NCBI GenBank assembly: GCA_977030845.1
Contig: OZ365114.1
Span: 23,250,001-23,314,000 of the forward strand
Length of the DNA: 64,000 nt
From: Fimbriosthenelais zetlandica
Taxonomy: Eukaryota
Direction of reading: 5' to 3'
Shown here: in pieces, positions 52,250 through 64,000 of the stretch
Numbering within the stretch: position 1 is the stretch's first letter
Layout: the number at the start of each line of letters is the position of its first letter
Program-made: the position numbers and the translations under genes
Notes under the pieces: generated by a model
Databases searched by the model: none
Told to the model about the DNA's origin: nothing
Seen by the model: only the letters and a program-made list of their open reading frames with translations

Positions 52250-55200
52250 TTATCCGAAGTTGAATTTAAATTGGAAGCCTCCAGTACCGAAGGGGTTGAA
52301 TCCTTGGTGGAAGTGTGGCCCGCTGTTGGCCTGCTCCTCGGGGTCTAATGGGTCCTCGCCATTATCAAACTTCTGTCGTTTCTCTGTAAGTAAATTATAA
52401 GATTATAAATTAATGGTTTCATCCAAAAAACAAAATCATAAGCAATCATTTTGGCCAGTATGAGGTTTAGGTTGAGGGAGTGAAGGCTGTACATACCTGG
52501 ATCTGTGAGCACTTCTTTAGCAGCAGCTATATCAATAAACTTTTTCTCTGCTCTTTTCTTGTCCTCTCCGTCATATTTGTCAGGATGCCATTGTACTGCT
52601 AATTTCCTATAGGCTTTGATAATGTCTTTCTTAACTGCGTTTCTGAAAGTGAGACATAATCAGTTATCAATAAGGAAAATAATTAAAAACCTGTAAGGGC
52701 CAGATGTGATAGAAATGTAAAAGATAAACGAGTGGAGAATATGCTCACCTCCTAACACCAAGGATTTTATAGTAATCTCTTTTTTTAGACTGCTTCAGAA
52801 GCTTCTCTGCTCGCTGTAAACCTTCGTTAGCTCGCCTAAAATCGTTATTTATGTCTTTTGCTTTTCTGAAGTCATTCATGGCTGAAAAAAAATCATAGTA
52901 AAACGTATAATATATTTTTAAAATAGTGTCTCGATATTTACAAAGAGAACTAAATTACAACTAAATTACAAAATAATAGATTTCCAAAAAATATCGTGTG
53001 AATCATTAAGAAAGTATCAAAAGATTGATTAATTATAATATTGAGTAAGATAGGAATATTTACCTTCATCATATTGTTCGTTGAAGAGATAGGCGTCAGC
53101 CCTATCACAGAGTGCTTCTATGTCCCCCTCGTCTTGAGATAACACTTTATTACACAGCTCCAAAGCATTACTTATATCTCCTTTCTGTAAAAAATAAAAA
53201 TAATTTAATGTCCTGTCATAATTTATGTACAAGGCTTACACATTGTATATCTATCTTTTATTCAATATATGTATAATAATTATTATTATGATTAGGACAT
53301 ATAGGACTTATGTCCATTAGAGATAAAACTTAAATAAAAGTAAAAACCTACTTTAGAATAACAGTGACATCTATGGCCATCAGCTCGTAGTAAATATACA
53401 GGGTTTTGAGTTTCTGTTTGCACCATCTGGTCCACCTTGCCTAAACAGTCATCCCACCTCTCCTCCCCTATAAACGAGTGGATCATGCCCATCTGCTTGA
53501 CTAACTTCTTCACTTTCTTGTAGTGAGGGAAACATTCTTTGTGGTCAGGATCCAGTTTCAAACACTCTCGAATCTCCCTGAAAAAGGTAGGAATCCATTA
53601 TTCATTGATTATCATTAATTATGTTAATATTTTTATATTATTATAAAGAAAATGGATGGCCATGGGTGTAATCAATTTGTATTACTCACGTTAGGGACAT
53701 CTCAGCCTCGCCTAGGTCATAATTAAGTTTACTAATTTTGAAGTAGCCGGCGGTGTTATCCGGTCTGAGTTTGGTGGTAGGTCTCAGGTCTGAGATGGCT
53801 TTATAATAGTCCCCTACAGCTATATAACACTCGGCTCGCAGTTCATGTATGTTAGGGTCCCATGGACAAATCTAAAATAAAATCATCACAATTCATGATA
53901 GATATCGTAAATAACATATCCGAGAGGAATATTATAATTTAAGTAATAGGTAGGTTTGTGAGATATTTAAATTTTTAAAATAAATACACAGCTTGTATAA
54001 AGATAAGGTGAGGAAGGATTACCTCAACTCCACGTGTTAATAAGCCTATGGCTAAGTTGTAGTCTCCGGATTCAAACAACTGTCGAGCATATTCCAAGTC
54101 TCGCCTTAACGGGTCGATCATATGCAATTTCTCACTGGCTTCAGCGTTTTCTGGATCCTTTGATAACTGTATTAGAAATAGATTATAAGTAGTATACAAT
54201 GTACATAGATATTAGAAAAGTATACATGCAACATCTGTAAACAGTTATCTAAGGTTTATCAACTCAAATATCACTGCAATGAATACAGTGCTTCTAATGA
54301 AATCTTTGTTAATACGGTACTAGATTATCAGATACTCACCACTCGTTCAAAATCAATATACGCCTCGTCTAATTTCCCTAATTTTAAATATACATTTCCT
54401 CGTTGTAATCGTGCCTGAAAAATATAATGAGAAAATGTGTCATATCGTATTTGAAATTGACAATGTTCACAGATATTAATTTGTTACGGTATTTCCTTTA
54501 ACAAAAAGCCCTTTAAGATGATACTCACAGCAGTGAAATCCTCTTTGAGCTCCAGGACTTTATCTAGATCAGGCATTGCAGATTTAGATTTACCCAGTGC
54601 TAAATACACCGTGGCTCGGCTGTAGTAATTGAGATAATTTGTTGGGTCATGTTCTGAAAGAAATTAAGAAATGTTAATTGTAAGAAATAAAGTGAAATTG
54701 ATTACTTTAAATATTATTCCAACTTCTTAGACTGTGCTACTACTATTTTTCCTGTGTATTTATAACAAATATCCATGTAGATTTATTTAAATTATGGAAC
54801 TAAATACCTACCAATGGCTGCATGGTAATGGCTGAGAGCATCAGCTAGTTGGCCTTGTGCTAGATACTTTTTACCCATCTGAAGATGTCTTTCTGCTTCT
54901 TCTTTTGCAGAGGCTTCAACACCTGCACAAACCAAGTGAAGGGGTCTAATACTTAGTACCGTGCATTCAGATATAATTTTTCTGAGATTTATGTAGACCA
55001 TCTCATGATAAATAAAAATCAACCGATTGGGAAACAGAACATTACTTTGTTAAAGTATTGATGGAAATATGTTTTCCCAAAAAAATATTGAAAATATTCA
55101 GCAAAATTTACCTTCTAATAACGTGGACCAAGCAACGATGAATAAAGCCGTTAGGCTTAGGCTACCCTTGTGATTCATTGGGCCGAGTGATCCTGAAACC

Positions 55201-55668
55201 GAAAATTAATCATTTGTACATTAAATATTTTGTTTTTAAATATGCGTAGGCAGGCTATAATAGTATAGCTATAGGGCTAGGCTAGGGCCTAGGCCTACGT
55301 GTTATTAGTGTCACTGACAAGTCAATTCAACGTAGGTCTACGTGTTCATATGAATATTTTTTTAAAAGACAACAAAAATAACTGATGTAACTCAAAGGCA
55401 GGATGAGAAATACCGAGTGTCAGAGCCAGAAGTCGTATAGGAAGTGAAAGGAAATGCTTTAAAGGGCGTGGAAATATTAACCTGAATGAACAGGACGGGC
55501 TAAACTACATTACTGACCATAGTGTCAGAGATTGACTGAGTGTCACTGACCACAATCGCAGATTTCATGCTGTATTTTTATTATAGATACAAACTTACCT
55601 TTTAAGTCAGAGCGTACAGACAAAAACAATAATGGCACAAATCCCAGAACGTTTGCAAATGGCCACAT
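52250..55668 (-). CDS. DNAJC3: DnaJ homolog subfamily C member 3 (P58IPK): ER-lumenal TPR + J-domain co-chaperone
   Basis: 11 phase-consistent exons: 55668-55599, 54922-54812, 54653-54529, 54414-54340, 54166-54023, 53871-53690, 53577-53352, 53184-53064, 52881-52749, 52642-52497, 52383-52250. Motifs HLQMGKKYLAQGQLADALSHYHAAI, LKLDPDHKECFPHYKKVKKL, KRDYYKILGV, WHPD, KFIDIAAAKEVLTDPEKRQKFDNGEDPLDPE, GGFQFKFNF. Confidence 0.97.
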
Positions 55669-55728
55669 AATTCTGTGTAGCTGGCATTAGAAGTTGGTGC
55701 AGGTCTTCTGCTCGATCTCAATGTGGAG

Positions 55729-55747
55729 CGTGGGGAAATCTGATTGG
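55729..55747 (-). promoter_or_regulatory. Perfect ER stress response element (ERSE, CCAAT-N9-CCACG) upstream of DNAJC3
   Basis: The minus strand reads CCAAT-CAGATTTCC-CCACG, ending 61 bp from the DNAJC3 ATG. Adjacent are GACGTG (55750-55755), an RFX-like half-site CTAGCAAC (55763-55770) and an ETS site CACTTCCGG (55771-55779). Confidence 0.8.
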
Positions 55748-56308
55748 TCGACGTGTGATAAACTAGCAACCACTTCCGGGTCAAACCTCCAAGCTTCGCG
55801 GAGCACCCAATCCCATCATGCATTGCTGCTTCAAAACCAAGATGGAAGCCAAGTGATCAAAACTGTCATTTTTCGCCTAGTATTTTCTCCTGTTGCGACT
55901 TTGGATTACAAATGAACGCGATATTTATTAGATATTAAGGATTCCGGATGCATGTGCTAAAGGTTGGTATATAATAAGTGGGTGGAATTATTATAGGCGT
56001 CTCGAAAACAGCAGGAATGTAGTTTGTTTATGTTGGTTTCCGTGAAAGCCAAGGTGGCAAGGTGGGAAACATGTTTTGACGCGTTGGCTCGGTCATCAAC
56101 AAGGGGTGGTTGGTATGATTCATGTCCATAGTAAAGAATTGCGCTTCAAGTACAAACCACCCATGAATTGGGTAGGCTACAATTTATGTATTTTCTCTGG
56201 CATAGGCTCTATTTGTTCAGGCTGTTGTAGGTGTCAATGTGTCGACTCCCGAATCTGTGAGACTGGATTCTATGAAAAATTAATGAATGTTATTTTTTTT
56301 CAGTTTTC

Positions 56309-59300
56309 ATGATGATGTCCATGCAGTACTCTACCCCTTCTGATATTTATGCAACTGGGGGTAATTATCAGCATGGAAATATGAGTGGAAGCTACTTCAC
56401 GGGCGGAGGCATGCCGCCCGGCACAAACTACAACACTTACCCCACAATGACAGGCTCAAACGGTTTTACATTCAGGAAAAGATATGAGCGGGTGGACTGG
56501 AAAAAAATCGGTGAGTCCATTAACAAAATTATTGTTTATGTAGGAATACTTTTATTGGTATTCTTCTGAAATATTATATTATACTTTTGGGACAAAGTGG
56601 TCTAGAATTCTAAAAACATTAATTTACAGTCTATATACCGGATCTCCCCTTTAGCCTACCGTAGAAAGGGGTTACTTGAGACAGTTTTTTGAGTTTTTTA
56701 ACTTTAGCTTGAATTATGTCACTCTTGTACATCTGCATTCATAGTTATCTGAAAATACTATTGTTTTTCTCTTACCCTATGGTGGATTTTGACATTTAAT
56801 TTAATTTTTCTTTTGGGGAGGGCAATTTAAAGACTGTCTCAAGTTACCCCCACAAATGGGGTTACTTGAGACAGGCATTTTAACAAATTTTATTAAAATG
56901 TCTCTAGCAAATTATATTTTGGGTGAATAATGTTCAATTATTGAGAAAGGTCTAGAGTATAGTCAGTTAGGTGGAATAACAGTCATTCCGGTTGAATTCC
57001 AGTCAGTCGGGGCAAGTAGGAGTCGCTCAAACAAGTGACAGGTAGTGAAATCATCTACAGACAACAAAACCAATACTTATATGGAGCAAATGAGACTGTT
57101 GTGGGGTTACTTGAGACACTTGTTTAAGCTTCACCATTGTGGTCCAAATCATGACTTGAACATTTTTTCAATCTGTTTTCTACAGGTTTTTCCTTTTTTC
57201 ATGCAGGTTCAAAGCACTTATTTTTAAAATAGTATTTTTTTTGTAATAGGAAAATATTTGTATCGGTTTCCAAACAACAATTCTTTTGGAGACTGTCTCA
57301 AGTAACCCCACATCGGACTTTTTTCATTTTGTGTGTGTTTCTTGTAAACAAATATTTAATGGAATCAATATATAATATATAATTAGACTTTATACTGTAT
57401 TATGGTCATATAAAAATATAATTATATTTAAATCCATTGAAAGTGTTTGAGTGTGGAACAAAAGTTTTTAGGAAGTCATTTTTTCATGATTTTTATGATT
57501 CAAGTTCATCACTATATTATCGTACCCAACTTCTCTGTCTTGGTAATATATTCATATCAAAATTAGTGTAAAAATAGTGAATTTCCGTAAAATATTAAAA
57601 TAAAAATATATTGCCCAATATTTACACCTTGGCAGCGTATGATTTAAATAGGGTCAATTTGTCTCAAGTTACCCCACATGTCTCAAGTAACCCCATCTTA
57701 CGGTACCTTCTAAACCTTCAGTCAGAGGAATATTCTTTCTTTATTATTTAAAAAAATATATTTTTATCTGTTTTAGCTGCAGCTGACATCGATCAAATAG
57801 CTCGGGACTTAGACTTCAATACATTACAAGAGAACGTTATGAACATAACATTCTGCAATATAGAATCAGAAATGGTAAGATAGTTTAATAGATACATTAG
57901 TCAGTAAAGGTTATTGTAAATTGTTATATCATCTGAAAATTGCCTGACCATTCCATGGCTCCTTCATAACCAGTTTCAACTTAATTTAATTTCTGATTTG
58001 ACAGGACTTCGGGAAAATGGAACCCCACTTCGTGAAGTTGTTCAAGTTATCCCAACTAACTATAGAATACCTACTCCACTCACAAGATTATCTCTCTGGC
58101 CTGGTTTCTGCGATGGAAGAAAAGACTAAAAAAGTAAACGAGGTAAATAGTTTGACAATTCATTCATAGGTTTTAATTTATCACTAATTAGGACAGAAAG
58201 TGTACCGTAATATAAAAGTTGGAAGATTCTGTTGTAGATATCGCTTGCAACATATGTTCTATCTAAATTATTATTTACATCAATAAAATACTGGATTATG
58301 TTTGAAAATCTGTCAGGAACGGCAGGAAGCATTCCAGTTGGTGGAGAAACATAAGTCTGAACTGAACGAGGTGAAAAAAGAGAGTCACAAACGTAAGAAA
58401 ATGCTGATCGCTCAACAACAGATAATGAACGCAGGAATCAACAGTTATCACAAGGTGAGTCAAATCAATTGTAGAATAAATAAAACTGTCAGAAATTGGT
58501 CTATATTTCTCACCTGTGTTTTCAGATACAAATGTATCGAATTACATTGCAAAAATGTTATAGATTTTGTTGTATTTATTATATTTACCTATATTTTCTT
58601 CTTGGTTCTAGTGTCCATTCTGTGCAAAGGCCTTTGTGAACCAGACTTTCCTCCAGTCCCATCTTCAGCGCCGTCACACTGATCATGCTTCACAGCTCCT
58701 AACTGCTTCTCAGCTCCAGAAACCGCCGTCAAGTACTCCTCCACTAGACACTACACCACCAGGACAACTAGCCATGGCCCAGTCACAGGGCCAGGTGAGA
58801 AAAATACTAAACCATTCAAATTTGAAATTACTGCAGCTTCTGAAACTGAAAGATACGCTAGTTTTTTTTCTGTTTTTGAAAGTGTTACAGTTGCCCAAAC
58901 ATTTCTTAAAGGTTCAGAAAAAATAGACTCAACCGAGATTTATTTTAGAGATATTTTCCCCATTTTCAGCTTTCTGACGAACAAACTAAACTCATGGAGA
59001 AACAGTTAGATGCAATCAAGGAGCGATTGAAACTCACCGAGTCTCAACTTGTTGAAGAACGAAACGCCAGGAACTCAGATAATCAAAAGGTAGTTCATGC
59101 ACTTACTATTTAAGCCATGCTCCATCATAAAATGTCAATTTATGTCAGTTTCACTGCAGTGCTTACACCCACCCGTGATTTATTCTTTAGGAAAAGGAAG
59201 AAGCAGTGAGAAGAGAGCGAAACCTTCAGGCAGAGATGGAGGAGTGGAAGAACCAACAACTCGATTCACAAAAGGTCAGAAATATTCTTTTGAATAGAAA

Positions 59301-62300
59301 CAAATAAACTGATCTGTTAGCAATATAATGACATATTGGTTTTAAATAATTTGTATGCCTTTAAATCTTTAAAAATAATATTTGGAAATGAACGTTGGTT
59401 TTGGTTTAACAGGAGGAGCTGGAACGAGTAAGAGAGATGTTCATGAAGGAGCTGAAAGAAATGAACGGGAAGTACAACTCTGCTACACAGGCTCTCGATT
59501 CTTTACAAAGAAAAGGTAATAACAGAGATCAAATCATTCCTTCAGACAAATCATACCTTTTCTTATCGGCTTATCCAGTAATTCCATATTTTTATCATCG
59601 TGTTTTCGGTATCTGACATTTTATATCTTGACTTAAGTTTATATTTTAGAAGCATTATGTTGAATATTTAAGGTCGTTCCAATCTGGGAGGCATGCATGA
59701 TGAGGATGAGAATGATCGGGAGCAGCTAGCGAGACAGAGGGAAGAGGTGGCCATGCTAAAAGAACAGCTAGAAGCCAAGGTAAATGTCCATCACTTTACA
59801 TGATAAAACTTCTAAACTTTCTATACCTTCCCTTTCTCTGCCGAGGTTTGCTTACTCAAATGTTTTTTCGCTCCATTTTCTCTCCAGATGAATGATGTCC
59901 AGTCAGAAATGCATTCGAAATTCAAGGACCAAGATAAGAAATGGAAAGATAAAGTTAAAGATCTAAATAAGAAACACCAAGACGAATTAAACAAGGTACG
60001 GAAAAAATAATTGTACACATATGAATAAATCGGCATTAGATAGAATGTGATGAATATTACAAAAATGATAAATTAGTAATCATGTTGTATACATAAGAAA
60101 TACGTCATGAGATTACTGGAAAAAATGTTGACATTGATATTAAACCCCATTAAACAAACATCAAAAATGAATATACATTTGCTTCATATTTTCCAGGTAA
60201 ATCAAGCCTATGAAGAGAACTTACAAGACATTAAACATGATAAACATGAACGTGGAAAACTTGAATCAGAATACCAGAAGAAGATGCAGGAAATGGAGGA
60301 TGCTATTCAGGTAACGATAGAAGAATAACAGGTCCCTCCTCTTATAGTCCATGCTACTCTATGACTTTTCTCCTCCATTTATGTTCTATCGGCATACTGT
60401 TTCTATGGCAGAACTAGTTGATAACGTACGTAGTGATATTAATTAAAGTACCCCAAAGCTTTGCTAGAGATATTGATTGAAGCTTGATTTCACAATAGTC
60501 TAGATTTGATACAGTTCCAGTCTATTTTGCCGTTGTTCATACCTGTGCTTTCAGCTAGTGTCAGTAGTGTAAGGTATCATTTGGTAGCAGCCAAAAAGTA
60601 AGATTTTACTCAAGCATTGTTGTGATCTGTAAATTTAAAATTCTGCAGTTGGCCAGAGAACAAGACCATAAGTTGAGAACTCGAGAAAAAGAAGTGAAAG
60701 ATATGGCCCAAAAGGCTCAAACAGTAAGGCTTTATGTTCTGATTGAATTCACAAATCTTTTATTTAATCTGTTTCTGTTTAACAAGAATGTACTAACACA
60801 TACTTACTTTTCTCTGGATGAATGCTTGCTTAGATACAGGTTTATTGAATGCGTGTCACTATGTTTTGTGTCCTCAGGTTTTATGTCCTAATTGAATGTT
60901 TAATCTTTATCCTGGTTTAGAGCAAGTTTCAGGCGTCTCTGTTCATCTCAAACAGTCAAACTAAAGCTTTTTATTTTAAACTTTTCTTAGTTAATTAAGA
61001 CTAATTGCTACTAAATTGCGAGTGGTCAGCCTGCATGTACAAACATTGCCTGTTTATTCTACTCATATTTTATTTAATATATATCCACCGCCTTCATCTA
61101 GAAACAAATATAAAACGTTAAAATAAATTCTCTCATATAACAATATATGCTTAAAAGCATTGACTTTATAAAGTGATTCTCATGTAGATAATGCATAATA
61201 TGTCATTAATCATGAGGTTGTTATCGTTATTTCAGCCTGTGGTCGCCTCCAGGCCGCCTGTACAGAAAGATGAAGTACAAGCTTTACGACGACCCACCGC
61301 GCCTCCACGACCCATGTCTCCTGAAGTCCAGGACTCCGAGGAGTCTGAGGACGAAGATGAAACAAGTAAGTAAAGACAAAATTCCAAGTTTCCTTTTCTG
61401 TTTAATTTAATTTTGTTAAATCTGAATTAATGGAAATTCCTAAATTATTCCTTCTATTTTCAGTGGATGGTACAACGACGTTAGGTACTACTGGTTTACA
61501 GACTGGACTGTCAAACCTAGGGTGAGTTTTCCTTAGATCATTTTATCTACCATTTCAGTTCTAAATCATAGTATCAATGGGCGACATTTCCTATTGCCTG
61601 ACAACATTCACAATACATGCCCAGACATCCTTCATACATACATCTACTGCCATAAAATTATATTACCTTAATTTACCTTATTACCATTAAATTATATAAT
61701 GATATTACTTTAAACAGGATTGACACTTTGAGTCTGGGGACTGGTACTCTTAACTCAGCCGCAGTGCGCCTCCTGGCTGAAGTCAAACAAGACCCCAACC
61801 TCCTCCAAGCCATGAGAGAGGAGATCAAGAGCGTACTTGATGAAAACCTCTCCAAGCGTGGCATCCCAGCGGTTAGCCTTATTCTCTGTCATTTTCTAAA
61901 GGAGATAAATCAATGCAACCGTTACTGACCCTGCAAATATGTTATATGATAAGGTATATGATATAATGCAATGTCATAATATAATGTCCTTTCTTTTCAG
62001 ACCGCAACTGGCATCTCTTCTTCAGTGTATGCAGATAAAATGCATATGCTCAAGATCGAGAGACAAGCACATCAGAAGGTGGGTTAAATCAATATGTTCT
62101 TGGATCATTTTCATCTTCCGTACTCATTTATTCCTTCATGTTCTAACCATCTTTACATACTCCAAAAACATTCTCATTTTGTTTTTCTAATTACAGAAGC
62201 ATTCCAACTTCTACGACATCCGTCAACAGTACATAAAGCAGATAGATGACATGGCTAGAGAGAAGATGAAGAAAAGACCTCCAGGTACCAAATCCCCTCT

Positions 62301-63948
62301 CTCCTCTCTCTGTGCAGTTCATTCTCCATCCATTTTCTAGTCATTCAAACACGGAGTCTGTAATAGATATTGAATGAGTTATATATAATATCATTCCTCT
62401 TTTTGTTTTTCTTCAGGAGCTGGCACATCTAAATCTAGAGGCATGTCTCATGATGACAAGCCTCCTCGTCCTGTTTCACCTAGCCGGCCCATCTCTCCCA
62501 GCCGTCCGCTGAAATCAGTACCTAAACCCGCACCCCGGGCCATGAGTCCACAGTCAAAACTCCTGTCATCCATGACGTCTACCATGTCATCTACAGGCAC
62601 TTATGGTACGACCACAGGCTGCCAGAGCACCTGGGGGTAAGTCACTATCTGCAAAACTTTAATATATCAATAGGCAATGCAAGGGTATCTTGCTTGAACT
62701 TTTCATAGACATAGAGAGAGATTTTTTCAGTGACAGAAAACTGGAGTGTACTGGTACAATATACCAGGGATTTAGGCTAGCATTTTGGGCAGTAATTCAG
62801 ATATATTGTTTTTTTTTTCAGGACGGATGAAGCCAGTAGCAGTCACTGGGATTCAGACGCTGAATCTGGTGATGAGACAGCCCGAACTGACCGCAAAACA
62901 CCCACACCTAGACAGAGAACTACCATACAGCCATCCCGAGACGAGGACGAGGACAGTGACTGGGATGATGGCAGGTCAGATGACTATTCACTGTTAATCA
63001 TTAAATCTATTAGCAATATTTGTCCCATGAATGACTTGAATTAATGACTTGGTGTTCTTATCTCGCAGTGAGTTAGAACCGACGCCCCGTGCCGCACCAG
63101 TGAGAACCATCATGTCCAGCCCACAACCACGAGGAGCTAAAGTCACCCAACTCCGAGATCAAATAGAATCACAACTGGCTGTATGTATTCCCACATAATG
63201 TTCATAATGAGCAGTTAGATTTAAATGAAGTGGTTGCCCGCTTACACAGTTCTTTGTCTCATGTGTTTCATTCCTCATTTGTAGGGACGAGGGAAGAAAC
63301 CAGCAGGGGGTATCGATTCTGTAGGTGGAGAAGAGAAATCTGGCAAGAAGAAAAAGGTATAAAATATAAATGGTCGATTTAAAACTCAATAGCAATTTTA
63401 CAGTACACCCATCTACTTGGTGCTGAATATATTTTTCTCACAGCAGTGTGCTGAATCTAACATTGTTCTACCATCCGCTGAAAATACAACATAAAGTCTA
63501 CTCTGTTTAATTGTCGTTTGTATTTGTCCATCAATAAGTAGATGTATTGTCTTTCTGTTTGTGTAGGATGATAGCTGGGATGATGACGATGATGATGACT
63601 TCTCAGTATCATCTCTAGAAGACACGGGTTCCGCGCCCCCCAGTCGAAACAACAGCATCCAGAGGTGATTTATAAAATTTATTTAATCATTCATTAGTTC
63701 ATTACTCAATCTTTTATTAGTAATTACTCAAATATCTGGAAAAGATTTGTAATGACCCGATATATAATTCATGTTTTGAATAGTTGAAATTCCATGTATC
63801 AAGTAAATATAATTATTATTCCTGAAAGGCAACTAGTTTTTTGGCCAAAATTATATTTCAACTTAGAATAATTTTATTTTTTACAGAAAAGCGAATACAC
63901 CAACTGATATATCTGCTGGTACGAGTGTCTGGGGTGGATCATCCAAAG
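56309..63948 (+). CDS. DZIP1: DZIP1/DZIP1L (Iguana) ciliary basal-body/transition-zone zinc-finger coiled-coil protein; runs off the 3' end of the window
   Basis: At least 23 phase-consistent exons: 56309-56510, 57777-57874, 58005-58142, 58317-58454, 58612-58794, 58970-59089, 59191-59274, 59413-59515, 59673-59779, 59888-59995, 60197-60310, 60649-60723, 61236-61365, 61464-61521, 61718-61871, 62001-62078, 62197-62284, 62417-62636, 62822-62974, 63069-63180, 63285-63356, 63567-63664, 63887-63948. N-terminal FTFRKRYERVDWKKIAAADID...LQENVMNITFCNIE...FVKLFKLSQLTIEYLLHSQDYL; C2H2 finger CPFCAKAFVNQTFLQSHLQRRH. Confidence 0.95.
56659..57703. mobile_element. 1045-bp non-autonomous TA-flanked DNA transposon (MITE, Tc1/mariner-pogo-like) in the DZIP1 intron after the first coding exon
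   Basis: TA|CCGTAGAAAGGGGTTACTTGAGACA ... TGTCTCAAGTAACCCCATCTTACGG|TA: ~25-bp imperfect TIRs with a TA duplication. The AT-rich interior has no transposase ORF and carries further copies of the GGGGT(T/A)ACTTGAGACA motif. Confidence 0.88.
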
Positions 63949-64000
63949 GTGAGCTCCTGTAACTTTACTTTCTCAGCCTCTCCTGCCCAAAAGTGCCAAA

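Overview
AT-rich, intron-containing animal genomic DNA, most likely from a marine invertebrate bilaterian (inferred from gene content). No rRNA, tRNA or CRISPR array was seen. Most short ORFs in the supplied track are spurious. Genes were rebuilt by eye from GT-AG, phase-consistent exons. From 5' to 3' the window holds: (1) the middle of an EMI-like/TSP1 gene (+); (2) a palindrome-core minisatellite and several decayed exon-like modules; (3) a modular S1 serine protease with an intact triad but Lys at the Asp189 position (+); (4) a 2-TM TMEM200/TMEM171-like gene (-); (5) a ~847-aa short-chain collagen ending in a canonical type IV NC1 domain that appears to lack the sulfilimine Met/Lys pair (-); (6) an orphan terminal exon with a GPI-like tail; (7) a hAT transposase relic; (8) a three-exon 94-aa prepropeptide absent from the ORF track (signal peptide, acidic pro-region, RHRKR, then an amidated C-x3-C-x10-C-x3-C peptide) next to a gene-poor region, which is the best candidate for an undescribed system; (9) a LINE RT relic; (10) a reeler/mucin/GPI-like gene (+); (11) a head-to-head DNAJC3 (-)/DZIP1 (+) pair with a perfect ERSE in the shared promoter and a 1045-bp TA-flanked MITE in a DZIP1 intron. 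The octamers TAGGCCTA and TACATGTA are strongly over-represented throughout.
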